From Laetmonice hystrix (Eukaryota): a stretch of DNA of 64,000 bases. Numbering within the stretch: the first letter of the stretch is position 1; every line of letters starts with the position of its first letter. A program made the translations under genes and the position numbers. The notes under the pieces were generated by a model. It saw only the letters and a program-made list of their open reading frames with translations. It was not told the DNA's origin and ran no database searches. Below, piece by piece: positions 1 through 12,901 of this stretch. The stretch lies in contig OZ249437.1 in assembly GCA_965235115.1 (NCBI GenBank), forward strand, positions 42,532,001-42,596,000, given 5' to 3'.

Positions 1-3000
1 ACACTGACGCTCAGACTACAGGAAGACTACTGTATGTGGACGGCCCATGGCATCCCCACAATAATCGCCCCAGGTTAGTGAAACAATTCTCTACCACTAG
101 TTTGTTTCAATGTTGTAGGATTTCAACTGCAAGACAATTTATCGGCATATGTTCAGTGTTCAGGGCACGAAAGAATATAGCGATATTTTTTTTCTTTTTT
201 TTCAGGGGAGGGGGGAGGTTTCATCTGGGATTGGACATCACAAGAGCAAAATCTTGGGTGTTCCGAAGTATGTGTTATGTCTCAGACAATGACCACCTTT
301 TGGTAGTCGCTGTCAACTAAAGGTAACTGGAGGCCTAAAGTAGGGAGAAATCCTGCGTGTTTGGTTACCTGTCTTTGTCCTTGAACAGGTACCAAAGTCA
401 AAGCACAACACCATTAACTAATACAACTAGAACTCAAGATAAACCAACTGAGTCAACAACTACCCAGGTACATTATAGAATCATATTATTCGGAAAAATA
501 CTTTCATTTTTCTCCAACTTCTGCGCATTAAAAAAAATATGGTGTAATCTTTTAGTTTAAAAATCCTGTGGCTTGATTCTCTTGAAATGGCGTGTTTTTA
601 CCTAAAATTTCAATCTTTTTTGGTGTGTTTTTGTTTGAAGTGTTAGTCCTTGACCTATAAATATGGTGTTTTTTTGAAAAGTCTTATTTTATAAGAGTTT
701 TGTAAGCGTAGCAATTACCCGTCTCTGTCATCTATACCATCGGGACTGGGAAGACAGGTGTAAACAAAAGGACAAAATAACTTTCTCAATCCTCTCAAAT
801 ATCTTTACTGGAGTTAATTAAATGGGGGCTGATCCTAGGCCAGGATAAAGTAGAAAGTTATGGGTCTATAACAGGACCTTTCCAAATGGTACATTGTCAG
901 TTCGGGAGCGTTAAACAAGGGGTCTGACTCGATCCAATATTTTCATTACTTGTCTAATGTGTCAAGGAAAGAGGGGAAGATACTAAGAAGAATGTATGAT
1001 AGAGGGAGATTAATGATGCACTGTTGTCTAGGAGGGGCAGACACATGCAGACTGTGTGTGGATTGATGTGACATCCACCCTCAATATGCTCAAACATGCA
1101 CAAATGCAGTTCGCTCGATGTTGACGTTTCCAGTCGCACACATTGCCGAGGTGGACATGTTGACTGTGTTATGTGAGTGAGTGCACTTCTAGACCTGGAA
1201 CAGTTCGGTGTCTATCACCGTCCGAGTCAGAGTTCTCAGGTAGTAGAAGACCATCGACCTTAGAAATGACATCACGTGGATGTGAGAGTGTTTTATTTAA
1301 TGATAATATCTTCATGCTCAGGCTGATCAAGGCACACACCATGCAGGCATGATGCTCAAGGTAAGATGCGTCTGTCATGTCTGTCTCTCTACTCTCAGTC
1401 CGTCCTGTTATTGGTCAGTTTGAGTACAACATGTAGTTCTCAAAAAGTTTTCGTCAAAACATGATGGTATCAGATCCTTACTTCCTGACAGTCTATCTAT
1501 GACACCTGACAGAATTCCAGACTACAGGTCTACAATAGTATTATCAGAAAGGTTATATGTAATATAAGCTGATCCTAGTTACAGAAAGCTGATCCTAGTT
1601 ACAGAAAGCATTGAACAGGCTAGTTAGTGTAAGTGAGCGATTGCAATGATATTTCTGCAATGTTCATCTGTTGTTCATCCAGGCCCTTTCTTCCTTCACT
1701 AAATAATACACGTTGAGAACTAGATTCTCCTCTACACCTGAAATATCCCCAAACTCTGAAGATAACGAGTAAATAAAGACAAAAAGTAAAGCAAGGCTAG
1801 TCTGTCCAGATCCCAACCCTGAAAGCCATAGGTTTGATGCTCACACGTGAAGCCACCGACTCCTGAGCCTTGGCACTCAATCCTGGCGGGTCGTGGGGGG
1901 GGGGGAGAAAGCCGCCCCCTCCCCCCTCCCCCCCCCCAACACCTCCTCAGACAGTGCGAGAAGGTAGGCCACTGACCGAGCTCTGGGGTCGTCACCCATA
2001 GAGTCGGACTGAACATTGATCATGATGTCCGCGACTATAACTACAGTAGGGTCTCATGTGTGTGGTGTCTATTGTCAACACTAACCTTCTACAGAAACTG
2101 ACGAGATCGTCCATCTACTACTTGAACACACCATTTCAAGAGAATAGTCACACAGACACAGATGTTGAGCTTCTACATCACGGAGAGAGGAGACACAGTG
2201 AGTGCTTGCCGCGAACGCACTCTTCACATTTTACATCGTCCTCATCAAAAAGTACATCTTCAAGTAAGACGCACGCACGCTCAACTGTATCCTATAAAGG
2301 CAGGAGTCTTGTCAGAAAGAAAATGAAGTTTGCTACCGTACCTTTCCCAGTATGACAATATACAAAGGAATCAATTGCAAATCATAGAAGTTTGAAAGTA
2401 AACTGGACATCAGTATACGAGAGTATGTTTTGTTGAGTCGGTGCTTGAAAGCTAATGACTGTATTTCTGCCTAATCGACAGGCTACATGCTTTATACGCA
2501 AACGGTATCGTTTGTTTTGTGTAGAAAGCCTTTCGGCCTTGAGGCTCAAACATGAGATTCATTCACAAGTGTAAAATCGTTGTGAGCATTAACAGTAAAC
2601 ACCAGACCAGCTATACCATTAACACCTTACTGGGCCCGCTTAATATAAACCCATCCTCACGGACATAATCCTTCCACCCTATCTAACATTGTCTAACATT
2701 GTCAAATGTACAAGGCCCCATTGAAAAATCATTTGGATGCCACACTTAACTGTATGGGGTCGGAATGAAGAACCAGCAACAGTCAATCTGGTATCAAGGG
2801 TTGGAGTTTTCAAATATTTAATTAGGAAATAATCACTACTGCTTCGATCAAATTTAGCATGTAAAATTTTACTTTTTCTAAACTTGTATCTTTAGCGGAC
2901 ATTATAACTCACTACTCATGAAAGTACATCTGTACTCGGGCTTAAATTACTTTGACAATATAACTGAGCGGTTTAGCCGTTTAACTGGTCTGGCAGAGAT

Positions 3001-4779
3001 GTGGTGCATTAGAACCTTGCTGTACAATTGAGTGTAAAAATGGTAAAGAAACTAATGGTAATAATAATAATAGCAAGACGACAAGCACGGTTCAGAGTCT
3101 CACAATCCCACGAAACACGCACAGTGCAACTGGTCAGAGTAAAGTAGTGAGCGGAGAAAGAGGCGAACGTCAACAATGTTTATGAACACATGGCTGAGCG
3201 GCACCAACTGGTCCCAGTCACAGCCCCGCTGATGGCCGAGCGGCAAACCTTTTAGTGGTCACAATGAGTTAATTATTTAGTAGAGGTCTCCAGTGGCATA
3301 CAGAATGTCCGATCCGTAAAGTAGGTAATGTTTTATGTTTGTGGCAAAGGGTCATTTTGATCTGCAATTTTGGGTGTGTGCGTTATTTCTGGTTCGTTTC
3401 TTTGACTTCTTGGAGTTGGCACCAGTAATTATAAACATCCATGCACCTGACATCTATAGTCAGTGAGTGTGGTCAGTTATGGCAACCAATCAACCAACCA
3501 ATCAACCAACCAATTAACCAACCAATAACCAGTCAGTTACTACGGTAAAGGGGGCCAGCAAGAGTGACAACAACTCGGCCAAAAAGCTTTCCTTAATGGT
3601 AACAACTTATTAGCCATTCCCAGGAACTGGCACTCGAGCCCACTCATTGTATGAAACAATGCCAAGAAGAAGTAAACATTGTTACCAATACCTAGATGGA
3701 TGGCAGATATATCTGCAGCCTCGCACAAACATTATACATGGAAGTCAACAGTCACCAACTTGGCTTAATTCCGTCAAATTTAAGAATTCATTCTTAAAAG
3801 GTCACCATCTAATTTTAATATAATTAATCCTTACTTATATATGTATAACGATGCCATTCGTATGTATTTTACAGTAATCTTTATAACTTATAGCTTAGAA
3901 TCTTTACAAGGTTTATTATAGTTGATGCCTTAAATTCCACTTGATCGTTTGCTTGTCACCACTGCATGGTTTATCATTTAATCTATCTTTTAAAACAGTC
4001 ACCATTAGAAATTCATTCAACTGTTGCTCGGTTTACACCAAATCTATATTTTCATGCCATACGCTTAGACCTCATCACTGATCACGACGTTAAAAAAGTA
4101 CGTGATAATCATACATTACTCGTCATTTTAACCACCTTTCAAAGCATACAAGTTAAAGAAGTCTTAGTTTAATGCACATTCGCACCGTTAGGGGGATAAC
4201 ATCTCTACACTCGATCAGCGTTAGGTTTGTCTTCATAAAAATTGTTGGCTGCCACTTTCTGCCATGTGGTGGCGCCAGCAGGCTGTCACGTGACCAAGAA
4301 GTGGCAAGTGCAAAGGTCATGGAGATAAAACAGGGACGTGTTCTTTAATCGCAACGCCACAGAACTGGGGGAAACTGATTGAATCAGGGAAGAAAAATCA
4401 CTTCTTTTTTTGGTTATTTTTGTGGGGCATTGACAGGATGAGGATAAGTTAGGATGGATGATAACGGGGAGGTAGGGACTTGAGTAGTAACTCCCATCCC
4501 GACAGTTCGTTTACATAGCCACATGGACTGTCAAATCATATAAATTGATACCAAGCACAACTAAAATATATAGAAGTAGACATCGTGTTATTATTATCAA
4601 TACATTGTCAATTCTAGATCGCCTACAATCTTTAATTAAACATTCCTAAGAGGCCAGCAAAAATTGGGTGTGCATCAGATGACCTTGTACAACATTTGAA
4701 TTTCATTTCCACGACTTTAAATCCAAATTGTGAATGTGTACATTTTCCCCATTACTATATGACGGGTGTTTTGCCTTGT

Positions 4780-5130
4780 TTTATCCAACTGAAACAACAA
4801 GAATTGACAACCTATTGATGATACACCAGTCACTTGTTGTTGGCCACACAGCCATAGAGGTGAAGCCGCGATATTTGTCTCGTTGCGGGAGTACAGAGTA
4901 GGAGGAGTGGGACCTTTTCCATGTCCGAGAGGGCACCAATGGTTGGTGGCGATAGACCTTACGGTAACTCCCAACACGCCACGCCAGCTGAACTACCCAC
5001 ACCTCGGGCATGTCCCATAATGCCTCAGTACTGAGCATGCCTATTATGAGTGCAGCACGGAAATTGTCCTCATTCCAAAGGAAAGGGGCGGGGTAGGAAG
5101 AAATGCTTACGAGACACCCACATGAACCCA
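4780..5130 (-). mobile_element. Decayed 3' fragment of a non-LTR retrotransposon ORF2 (RTE-like C-terminus)
   Basis: Frame 4717-4977 reads ...GHGKG..LYS...AASPLWLCGQQQVTGVSSIGC, resembling the GHG...SPxCxCG..QT..HI...C tail of RTE-type LINEs. Frameshifted; similarity judged by eye only. Confidence 0.35.
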
Positions 5131-5970
5131 CCCTGGCAGTAGGAGCACCTACTGCCAGGGAGGGTTGACCGCTGGAAATCTCTCAGTCCCAGAGGTGAGG
5201 AGGAATGCGCATGCGTCGGCTTGCCCTGCCATCATGATCGAACATGCTCAGACCCAGATGCAACATGGGAGGTCAAAGGTGGTGTCAGCATCCGTCACGC
5301 ATGGCTGAACTCGACCTGTCGCCCTTGCAGGACTTGCCCCTCATCATATTAACTCCACATTATACAAAACGCCAATTCCATAACACTCCCCCAAAATATA
5401 CAACGACCAGATAACAAGAACCAAATCCAAACAAAATCTACGGTGTTGTATTTAGTCTATCTAAGAATCCTCTGGGTAAAAAGGGCCGATTTTCTGCTTG
5501 GGCACTCTACTAGAAACAGTCAAAACCTTTCTTTCATTGGAGCAAATGAAAATAACGGAAAGAAATCCAGGGGGAAAAAGTCCGGACATTCCTTCTAATG
5601 TCCATTTCAGCAGAAAAATATGAAAAGGCCAGATACGTTAGACGTCATTAGTGAGTAAAGCTCTTTAACTAAGACGGGTCTGCCAAATCAAAATCTTCCT
5701 TTTTATCTTGACACCCAAGTTCTCCTAATGACCTATGGACCACTTTCAAATGTGACCAAGACCAAGATGGGAGACACGACTGGAAACTATTTGGGGGCAA
5801 ATCGTGCAGATTTTCAAGTGATTATTATTATTTGTCCCCGATGCCAAAGATAAGTTGCGTTAATAATTTCAAGCCAGACATGGCTTTAGTCTAGTATACA
5901 GCTGTTGTGGAGTGGAGACGAAGACAGGAGACAGTAGTGGGAGAACAAACAAAACTCGGAAGCCTCTCAC

Positions 5971-5979
5971 CTGGACCAG
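5971..5979 (-). CDS. Candidate 9-nt microexon after FN3-2
   Basis: ctgtttttttaactcgcacttacatccatcctacag|CTGGTCCAG|gtgaga. Strong acceptor and donor, phase 1-1, encoding (A)GP. Confidence 0.45.
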
Positions 5980-8099
5980 CTGTAGGATGGATGTAAGTGC
6001 GAGTTAAAAAAACAGTAGAACCTGGGTTATTATCGGTTTTCTTCTTTGTTTTCTCTCTCTCATCAACGACAGGGTGAACACAAACTAATGAAAACTGACA
6101 CCACCAATGAAAACAATCGGCATGACAGTATGTATAATATACATCGATATGTACACATCCATCCAGCACACACGAGAAACCCAATGTAATGTTCACGAAA
6201 AGCTAGGAAAGAAGCTGGTAACTGAAGGAACTTCCACAATGCAATTGAGGATAAAGGTAGGCATTCGACACTGTATTTTGTTTTAATAAAGAAAGGGTTG
6301 TCATAGACTAGCGCCTCCACAGCTCCTCGTCCACCCCTTGTTTTTACCTAGGAACCAACTCAAAAACGCCTTCATGAAATTTTTGGTACCTTTTTTCGTT
6401 CATCTCTTAGTAACATCTTACTCTGTCTGTGGAAATTATGACAACAGTGAACGTATATAAATGTTTACGTATTGTTAATGGAACAAAAAGGCTTCAAAAA
6501 GGAGACCATGCAGTTGTGAGCAGAACTGAGGCAAACGATACTGATACATCTGATAGTAGACCGAGTAAGGATGACCAAGGTCACGAAGGTGGTGAGGAGT
6601 TGGCGGGTTACTTACGGTCAAAAATGCCTATTTCCAACACTGGAAGAGGTTCAATACAGCAAAGGTGCATTAGTATCATCGCTAGCGCAACACTACACCA
6701 GGAAAATCAAACAGGTTAAATGGTTGAAAAAACACAAGTGGGGTGTGCCGTGCCTGTTCTCCTCTCGAGGGCTTCACATGCCCGAACGTTGCCAGCAAAC
6801 AAGATGGACCTCGCAGGTCTCACCATCAGAGAGACCACGGGTGGCAGAGAGAGAATCAGCCAGACCCAAGCCGGTCTACACCTGACGATCCACCTTCCTT
6901 GTTGGCAGACGGCTTCCCATCTCCCGCACTGCCGGGAGACGAGGGTCTTCCTCCTGGTCAACTGCTAGCGTGTTAGTGACCTCATCCTGACCGTAGGAAA
7001 GCTTCCACCTCCAGCGAATTCAACCCAGCGTCTCACCAAGGCTACTCAATGCCAACACGTGTTGGACTTGGACGACTAAACGGTTTGTCCATGTTTATTG
7101 GTTCACTGTCCCCTATACTGTCGTCTGACTGAGCTTGTCGATATGTCGGGCCGACTCGAGGACCCCGCTTTATACCGTTACACACAGTGTTCTCCTATAC
7201 CAACCACCCAGTCAGTGAGTCAGTCAGTGAGGGAGAGAGTCGGTGAGCCGGCCTAGGTTAGGCTTGTTTTGAATTGTTGGACTGGACAGCTTTCACGGGG
7301 ATGAAGAAATACAAGCAGGTCAGCAGAAGGCCAGAGGAAGCGGAGAGACAGGGCAGCGGACACCTCGTTAGGCCCCCCACCTCCACCCCCCGACAGACGT
7401 CCAGGGGGGAGGGGGCGGCAGAAAATTGTACATAAAGTAATGAAAATCAATCCTCAATGAGAGATAGAGAGACTCATAATAAAAACGGGTCCGGAGTCAT
7501 CTCGGAGTCCACAGACTTGGAGGAGGGAGAGAGTACTAAGGATGATCCTAGCAGTTCACTCAGATTTCAGGTGAAACAGACGTTGATGTCTTTGGCTAGT
7601 GAACGGTACCCGCATAGTTTAAACGGTCAACAGGAGAGAGACAAAAACTCGAGAGGGACCGCACACATTGAAGGTACGCCACAGGACAACCTCACGTGTT
7701 GAGGCTGAATGTCACCTGAAACCCTCACAGGACAGGCGCACAATGTCAATCTGACCTGGTCTTTCCTACGTCCTTCAAAAATAACGCAACATTTGCCTAA
7801 GAATTCTGATTAGAAGGGGAATCTAATTCCCACGTACATATATATAAGTTAATCAGAAGATTTAGGCATATGTCACTTATGAACTGTGAGTTCGTATATA
7901 AATCTTGTAAAGGGGAGTTTATCAAAGTGTAACCAATCCATACATAGAGATTGTCACCAGCACAAAGATAGGGGCATGTGTCTAAGGGAGAATATATCAA
8001 ATTTGTTTGCTCGGAATCAAGTTAGCAGAAGTTCAGTGCATCACCTTACAGGAAAGATGTGATTTTGTGCGAGTTCAGAAGGTAGTTAGTTACCTTTAC

Positions 8100-8114
8100 C
8101 TGGGCAAGTTTCGG
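8100..8114 (-). CDS. Candidate 15-nt microexon (21 nt with a second donor, ending at 8094) after FN3-2
   Basis: ggtttctgtcctaactcgatacag|CCGAAACTTGCCCAG|gtaaag|gtaact. Both donors keep phase 1, encoding (A)ETCP or (A)ETCPGK. Confidence 0.4.
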
Positions 8115-9293
8115 CTGTATCGAGTTAGGACAGAAACCATTTATAGTACAGACTATAAATGATATGACTTTAATCAACCTGGTCTGGTATGATGACCGAC
8201 TGGACAGGGAGGACAGGATTACTGAGTGTTGCCTTGTACCCGTGACCCCATTACCACATCATTCCTGTCATTACAATGATACCAAACTTATTCAAACCTG
8301 TACTGTCTAACCGTGTGACCCCTAGTACCACGGTGTGCGTCAGTAAACACACTGTCGTGTATTATTGAGAACTGATATTATTCTGTCTCACCGCACAATA
8401 TATGAACATCTCTAGCATCAACTGTTCACTTGTATCTTACTCGAGAAACTACTCTCAGACAGGTGCTACTAATATACACCGTCATAACGAACCATCAACT
8501 TCCAAGGATATTGATGACTGGTCGGGAAAACTCGAGTATACTTCACAACATTTGGCTCAGAGAGATGTATTTCAAAAGTCGAAACAGGTTCAACAGAAAT
8601 ATATATTTTGATCATTGATAATGATCCCCTTGGAAATCAATGGTTTGTCCTTCATCCTCAAATCTTTCATCACCATCTACATTTCAAGGTCAAGGTCAAA
8701 GGTCAAGGTAAACACTCCACTGCTGTTTCACCATGAATCTGATAATGCGGTGGACTGAGATGTCTCCGGACAAAAATATAGATTCGGACTGAAACGAATG
8801 CTACTGATCATTTCCATACATGGAGTGAGTTATAGAGATCTGTACGTGTGCATGGTACAGCCTACATGTTGGTGCATGGTAAGCTTCACAACCACAATCT
8901 TAACGTCAGCAAACCGTGTCACGTCACAGTAGTATATGCCACAGTTGACATGCCAAAAAACAACGATGATTTTCATGCTTTATTTATACTGGAAAACAAA
9001 TGAAAACTCACTATCCAATAATCCAATAAACACATTTCACGACCGTGAAAACAGCACGCTCCTACTCAACAACAACAGCAACGACCTTCACAACTACACA
9101 GCATGTCAAGGTCACAAAAAGGTCATAAAATGGATTTTGGACGTACATGCAAGAATAAACCTACCATCTATGCTATCTCTACTGCTACTTTTGAAAGTTG
9201 TCATTGATTTGGAACTTTCAGCAAATTTCAGACTTTTTTTGAACAAATTGGGAAAATTGCATGAGAAGAGAATGGCGAAGGTTATGTACGTAC

Positions 9294-9489
9294 CTCCTTG
9301 CTGAGTGCGGACATGAATGGGTTCAGACAATGGGCCATCGCCCACCGAACTGTAGGCCAGAGCACTGATGGTGTATGTCCTGTTGGTGAGCAGGTTGGAG
9401 ATGGTGGTCAGCTGGCTACTGTCTACCTGATGTAACGTCCACAAGGAGATGGGTAGGTCGGGGGTCATGGTGAAGTATACCTTGTAACC
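9294..9489 (-). CDS. Lar: LAR-type receptor PTP coding exon, second part of FN3 domain 2 (196 nt, phase 0-1)
   Basis: Acceptor atttgcag|GGT TAC and donor GGA G|gtacgt. Encodes GYKVYFTMTPDLPISLWTLHQVDSSQLTTISNLLTNRTYTISALAYSSVGDGPLSEPIHVRTQQG. Confidence 0.96.
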
Positions 9490-9971
9490 CTGCAAATAAA
9501 TCGTGGCAAAACATGCAACCCTTTCAGCCAGCCGGACACTAAAACCATCAGCAAATCTTTACGCCCCTATCAACACTACCAGTGGCATTTATTATACTGT
9601 AGAAAGTAATATTCCCTTCAAACAAAGTCTATTCTCTTTCTCTACATGCATGTACTTTGAATAGATGTACATATCAAATATAACTTCCCACAAAGGTTTC
9701 ATCTTGGGAGTCGTCTCTTAAAAAGTAAGGCTGCCATGTCCTGCTCTTGTCTTAGTAAATTTTTCCGTGAACATTTAAATTTTCCTTAAGCGTCTTTATT
9801 TTTTAAATGACAGTATTTATTTCTCAAATATTACTTATACTAATTGCTTCTGTGATTTTCTATGACTGAAACAGGAGATTTCAGTTCCCAGTATGTCACG
9901 TTAACGCCAGTGTTTACGTGACAATAGGTTTCTGAGTGATAAGTAAACTAGAAGTTGACTGTATGACGTAC

Positions 9972-10072
9972 CCGAATAACGCCATTAGGGATTTCGGGCT
10001 CGTTCCATTGGACGACGACCGTACTTGAACTGACCGGCCGTGCTCTCACATCACGTGGAGGACTACCGGGTG
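9972..10072 (-). CDS. Lar: LAR-type receptor PTP coding exon, first part of FN3 domain 2 (101 nt, phase 1-0); absent from the supplied ORF track
   Basis: Translated by hand. Acceptor ccttacag|CA CCC and donor ATT CGG|gtacgt. Encodes (A)[33 protein letters not shown] and joins both neighbouring exons in phase. Confidence 0.95.
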
Positions 10073-11356
10073 CTGTAAGGGACCACGCATTCATCTCCAA
10101 GCTCAAACAACACGGCTAGGAAAACACTACCACCACTTACACAGCCCAACATGGCCCCTCGCAGTACTCGTACTGTCACCATACTCGCACTGGGAGTGGG
10201 CCAAAATGCCATTCGGCCATTCTAGCCAATCACAGCCCCTTTGTTTCTCCATGAACACTCAGAGTGAGAGGGTCACGTGATCGGGAAGGTGAGAGAGAGA
10301 CAAATGGCATTACGTTGGACGACAGCACTTCGCTCACACTTGTTACAACTCTAAGAGTACACTATGACATATAGAGAGGTATATGAAACTTCGAGAACAC
10401 AACATTTATATGGATCATTTTACAGATCTGTAGAGACTAGGAAAGCAGGACTTTGGATGAAAGACATGACAGTTGAGCTTCATTCAAGACGCATCAACTG
10501 AAATCTACGGAGTCGAATCGAGACAAATTACGGTGTCACTTTTCACATAGATGAACTAAACTGTTTCTATGGTCCGAGTGTAACTATATGAGGAGCGTTA
10601 GTACAGGCAAGTAAAGAGACAGGACTAGGAGAGAGATACACAGACTGAGAAGATGACTCGGCAAGCTTGGCTAGAACAGTTTACAGCTCTCACAATCCGT
10701 ACGTAAGGCATTCAGAAAAAGGTTCACAAGAAGCATGGTACACAAAGAATGTATTCTCTGACTAAGCTACACAGAAAGAGCTAGAGCAAGCCGAATGAGC
10801 AGGTTAGTTCGGCATCCACCGCTCAAGGAGTTAGGTCTCCAAACCTCCAACAAATGGAGCTAAGGAGTGCCACATACCCATTTGCATATTAGTGTCAAGG
10901 TCAAGTCAAGGTCAGTTGGGCAAGGGCGTCATTGAAAACCACGAGATGAGATGGTAAGCAATGAAGCTATGCAAGTAGCACGAACACCGTATGTTATGAG
11001 ATAGCACGTTAGTCCACGACGGCTATGAAGTTACTTCTGATTATATGAACGTGTTAGTGAGAATGGTAGTGACACACATAATTTGCATGATACAAACCAA
11101 AAAGAACCCAAAAACTTTATGGTCAACTAACGTACTAAATGCTCACAAAGTGACAGCATACATTTCCCCATGCTTTTGGTTGCATGTTACCACATCATAT
11201 GAACTCCAAATCAAAAGTGATGAAATATATATAATATATATAAGGGCACACACATGACTGGTTTGGACATGATGGACTTGGATAATCTTATGATGTAACA
11301 TGGTGACTTCATTGATTTTTTTTTATAAAGGAGAAGGTGTGAATGGTGATACTAAC

Positions 11357-11644
11357 CCAACTCTCCAGTAGTGACATCTACCGGATTACTTGGGATGCCA
11401 CGGCCAATGTTATTCACTGCAACAACTCGGAACTCGTACACAGTGTATGCATCTAACCCCATTACTGTGTACTCAGTGTTTGTAACATCGGCGATCTCCT
11501 CGTGAGTCGCACCGGGGGTGTATTTACGTTTGTACTGGATGATGTAAGACTCTATGGGATCTAGGTTCCCCGCATTCCAAGTCAGTTTGACAGAAGTAGC
11601 AGTTACATCAGAAATTACTAGACTTGTAGGCGGTTTCGGCAAGG
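11357..11644 (-). CDS. Lar: LAR-type receptor PTP coding exon, fibronectin type III domain 1 (288 nt, phase 1-1)
   Basis: Acceptor tcttttctcactccag|CC TTG and donor TTG G|gttagt. Encodes (A)LPKPPTSLVISDVTATSVKLTW...GLDAYTVYEFRVVAVNNIGRGIPSNPVDVTTGEL. The junction VKVK-A-LPKPP matches the LAR family. Confidence 0.97.
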
Positions 11645-12631
11645 CTGGAGTGAGAAAGAGAGAAAGAAGCCTGATTAGGAACCATTAATTCAATCAAATA
11701 AATTATCATAAAGCAAACTCATTACGTGGAAAAATTAAAACCACAACCGAAATATTCCATTAATGGGAAATCATAGCTTGGCATGCAACTTAATAATTGA
11801 AAAACAATGACCACATCCGTGGCGTCATTGACCCAAACGCCACCTAGTTGTGCCTTCACGTCACAAGCGGTTGCTCTCAGAACTCAATAAATAGAAGAAA
11901 CGTGTCATAATAAATCTGTTGGCATCATAAGCAATATTCAGTGGATGTGGTCATGTCATTTAAATGATAACTGGCATTGTAAAACAATAGCTGCTTTGCT
12001 CCCACTCTGCTGAGTATATAAGTACAAAAGACAATATGACAATTATTACAACAGTATATTACAGTGCATGTACACATTATTATGTGAAGCTTATTGTCTT
12101 GAAATTACCAAGCTTCGCATCAATCAATCAAAGCATTTGCATACGAATTTATATGATTCCAAAACAGTTATCGTTCATACTTAAAGCCTGATTATCCCAT
12201 TAATCTTTTATGAGTACCATGAAAATATTAATAAGAGCAGGCCATTTTTATATGCATTACGAGAACATCAAAGAGAGATAGCTTGCAACTTGACAAACCT
12301 TTCCTGTCTTGTCTATGTGATTACGTTTCTGTTTCTGTATATATCTCGACATTATTCTAATATCTTCAGATAAAATGTGCTGTTGTGAACTGCTATATTA
12401 TATAGGTAGTTGACTGTTACTGTCTTACTGATCTCGGTATCATTCTAGGCCTTGTTATTATATTTGGTTTGTGGCCGCTAGATGTGAAAGCATGCAGGTC
12501 CCTACAGTGCTCGTGAGGGGCGACAAGAAGAAGTGCACTGACGATGTGCAATGAAATCGAAGTGGCTGGAAAGGTAAACATAGTTTAGTACTAACTTTGT
12601 ACTCCTGTTTGGGATGAATGTATTGTTGTAC

Positions 12632-12901
12632 CTTTTACTTTTACTTGCGCTACCGACTCGATGTTGCCGAGGTCGGAGGCGGCAACGCATGTGTAGTTGG
12701 CGGACTCACGCACATCGGTGAGCATTAAAACGTTTTTCCCAATGGGAATGTTGTCTTCTGGTGTCAGTTCTAGGGCATTGAGCCTCCATTTCACGTAGGG
12801 CATGGGTGAGCCCACGGCCACACACGTGATGTTCACGGCTCCCCCCGGCATGACTTCCACGCTTTCTGGGGGGATTGAGAAGTGGGGCGGGACTCGTCGT
12901 A
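12632..12901 (-). CDS. Lar: LAR-type receptor PTP coding exon, Ig domain 3 (270 nt, phase 1-1)
   Basis: Branch-like ctaac plus ttattgtttcag|TA CGA acceptor and AAA G|gtacaa donor. Encodes (V)[38 protein letters not shown]...[24 protein letters not shown]. Confidence 0.97.

Noticed and set aside
1-9293. Search for the FN3-3 exon (VPSQP...)
   Set aside because: No FN3-like translation was found, so it is presumed to lie before position 1.
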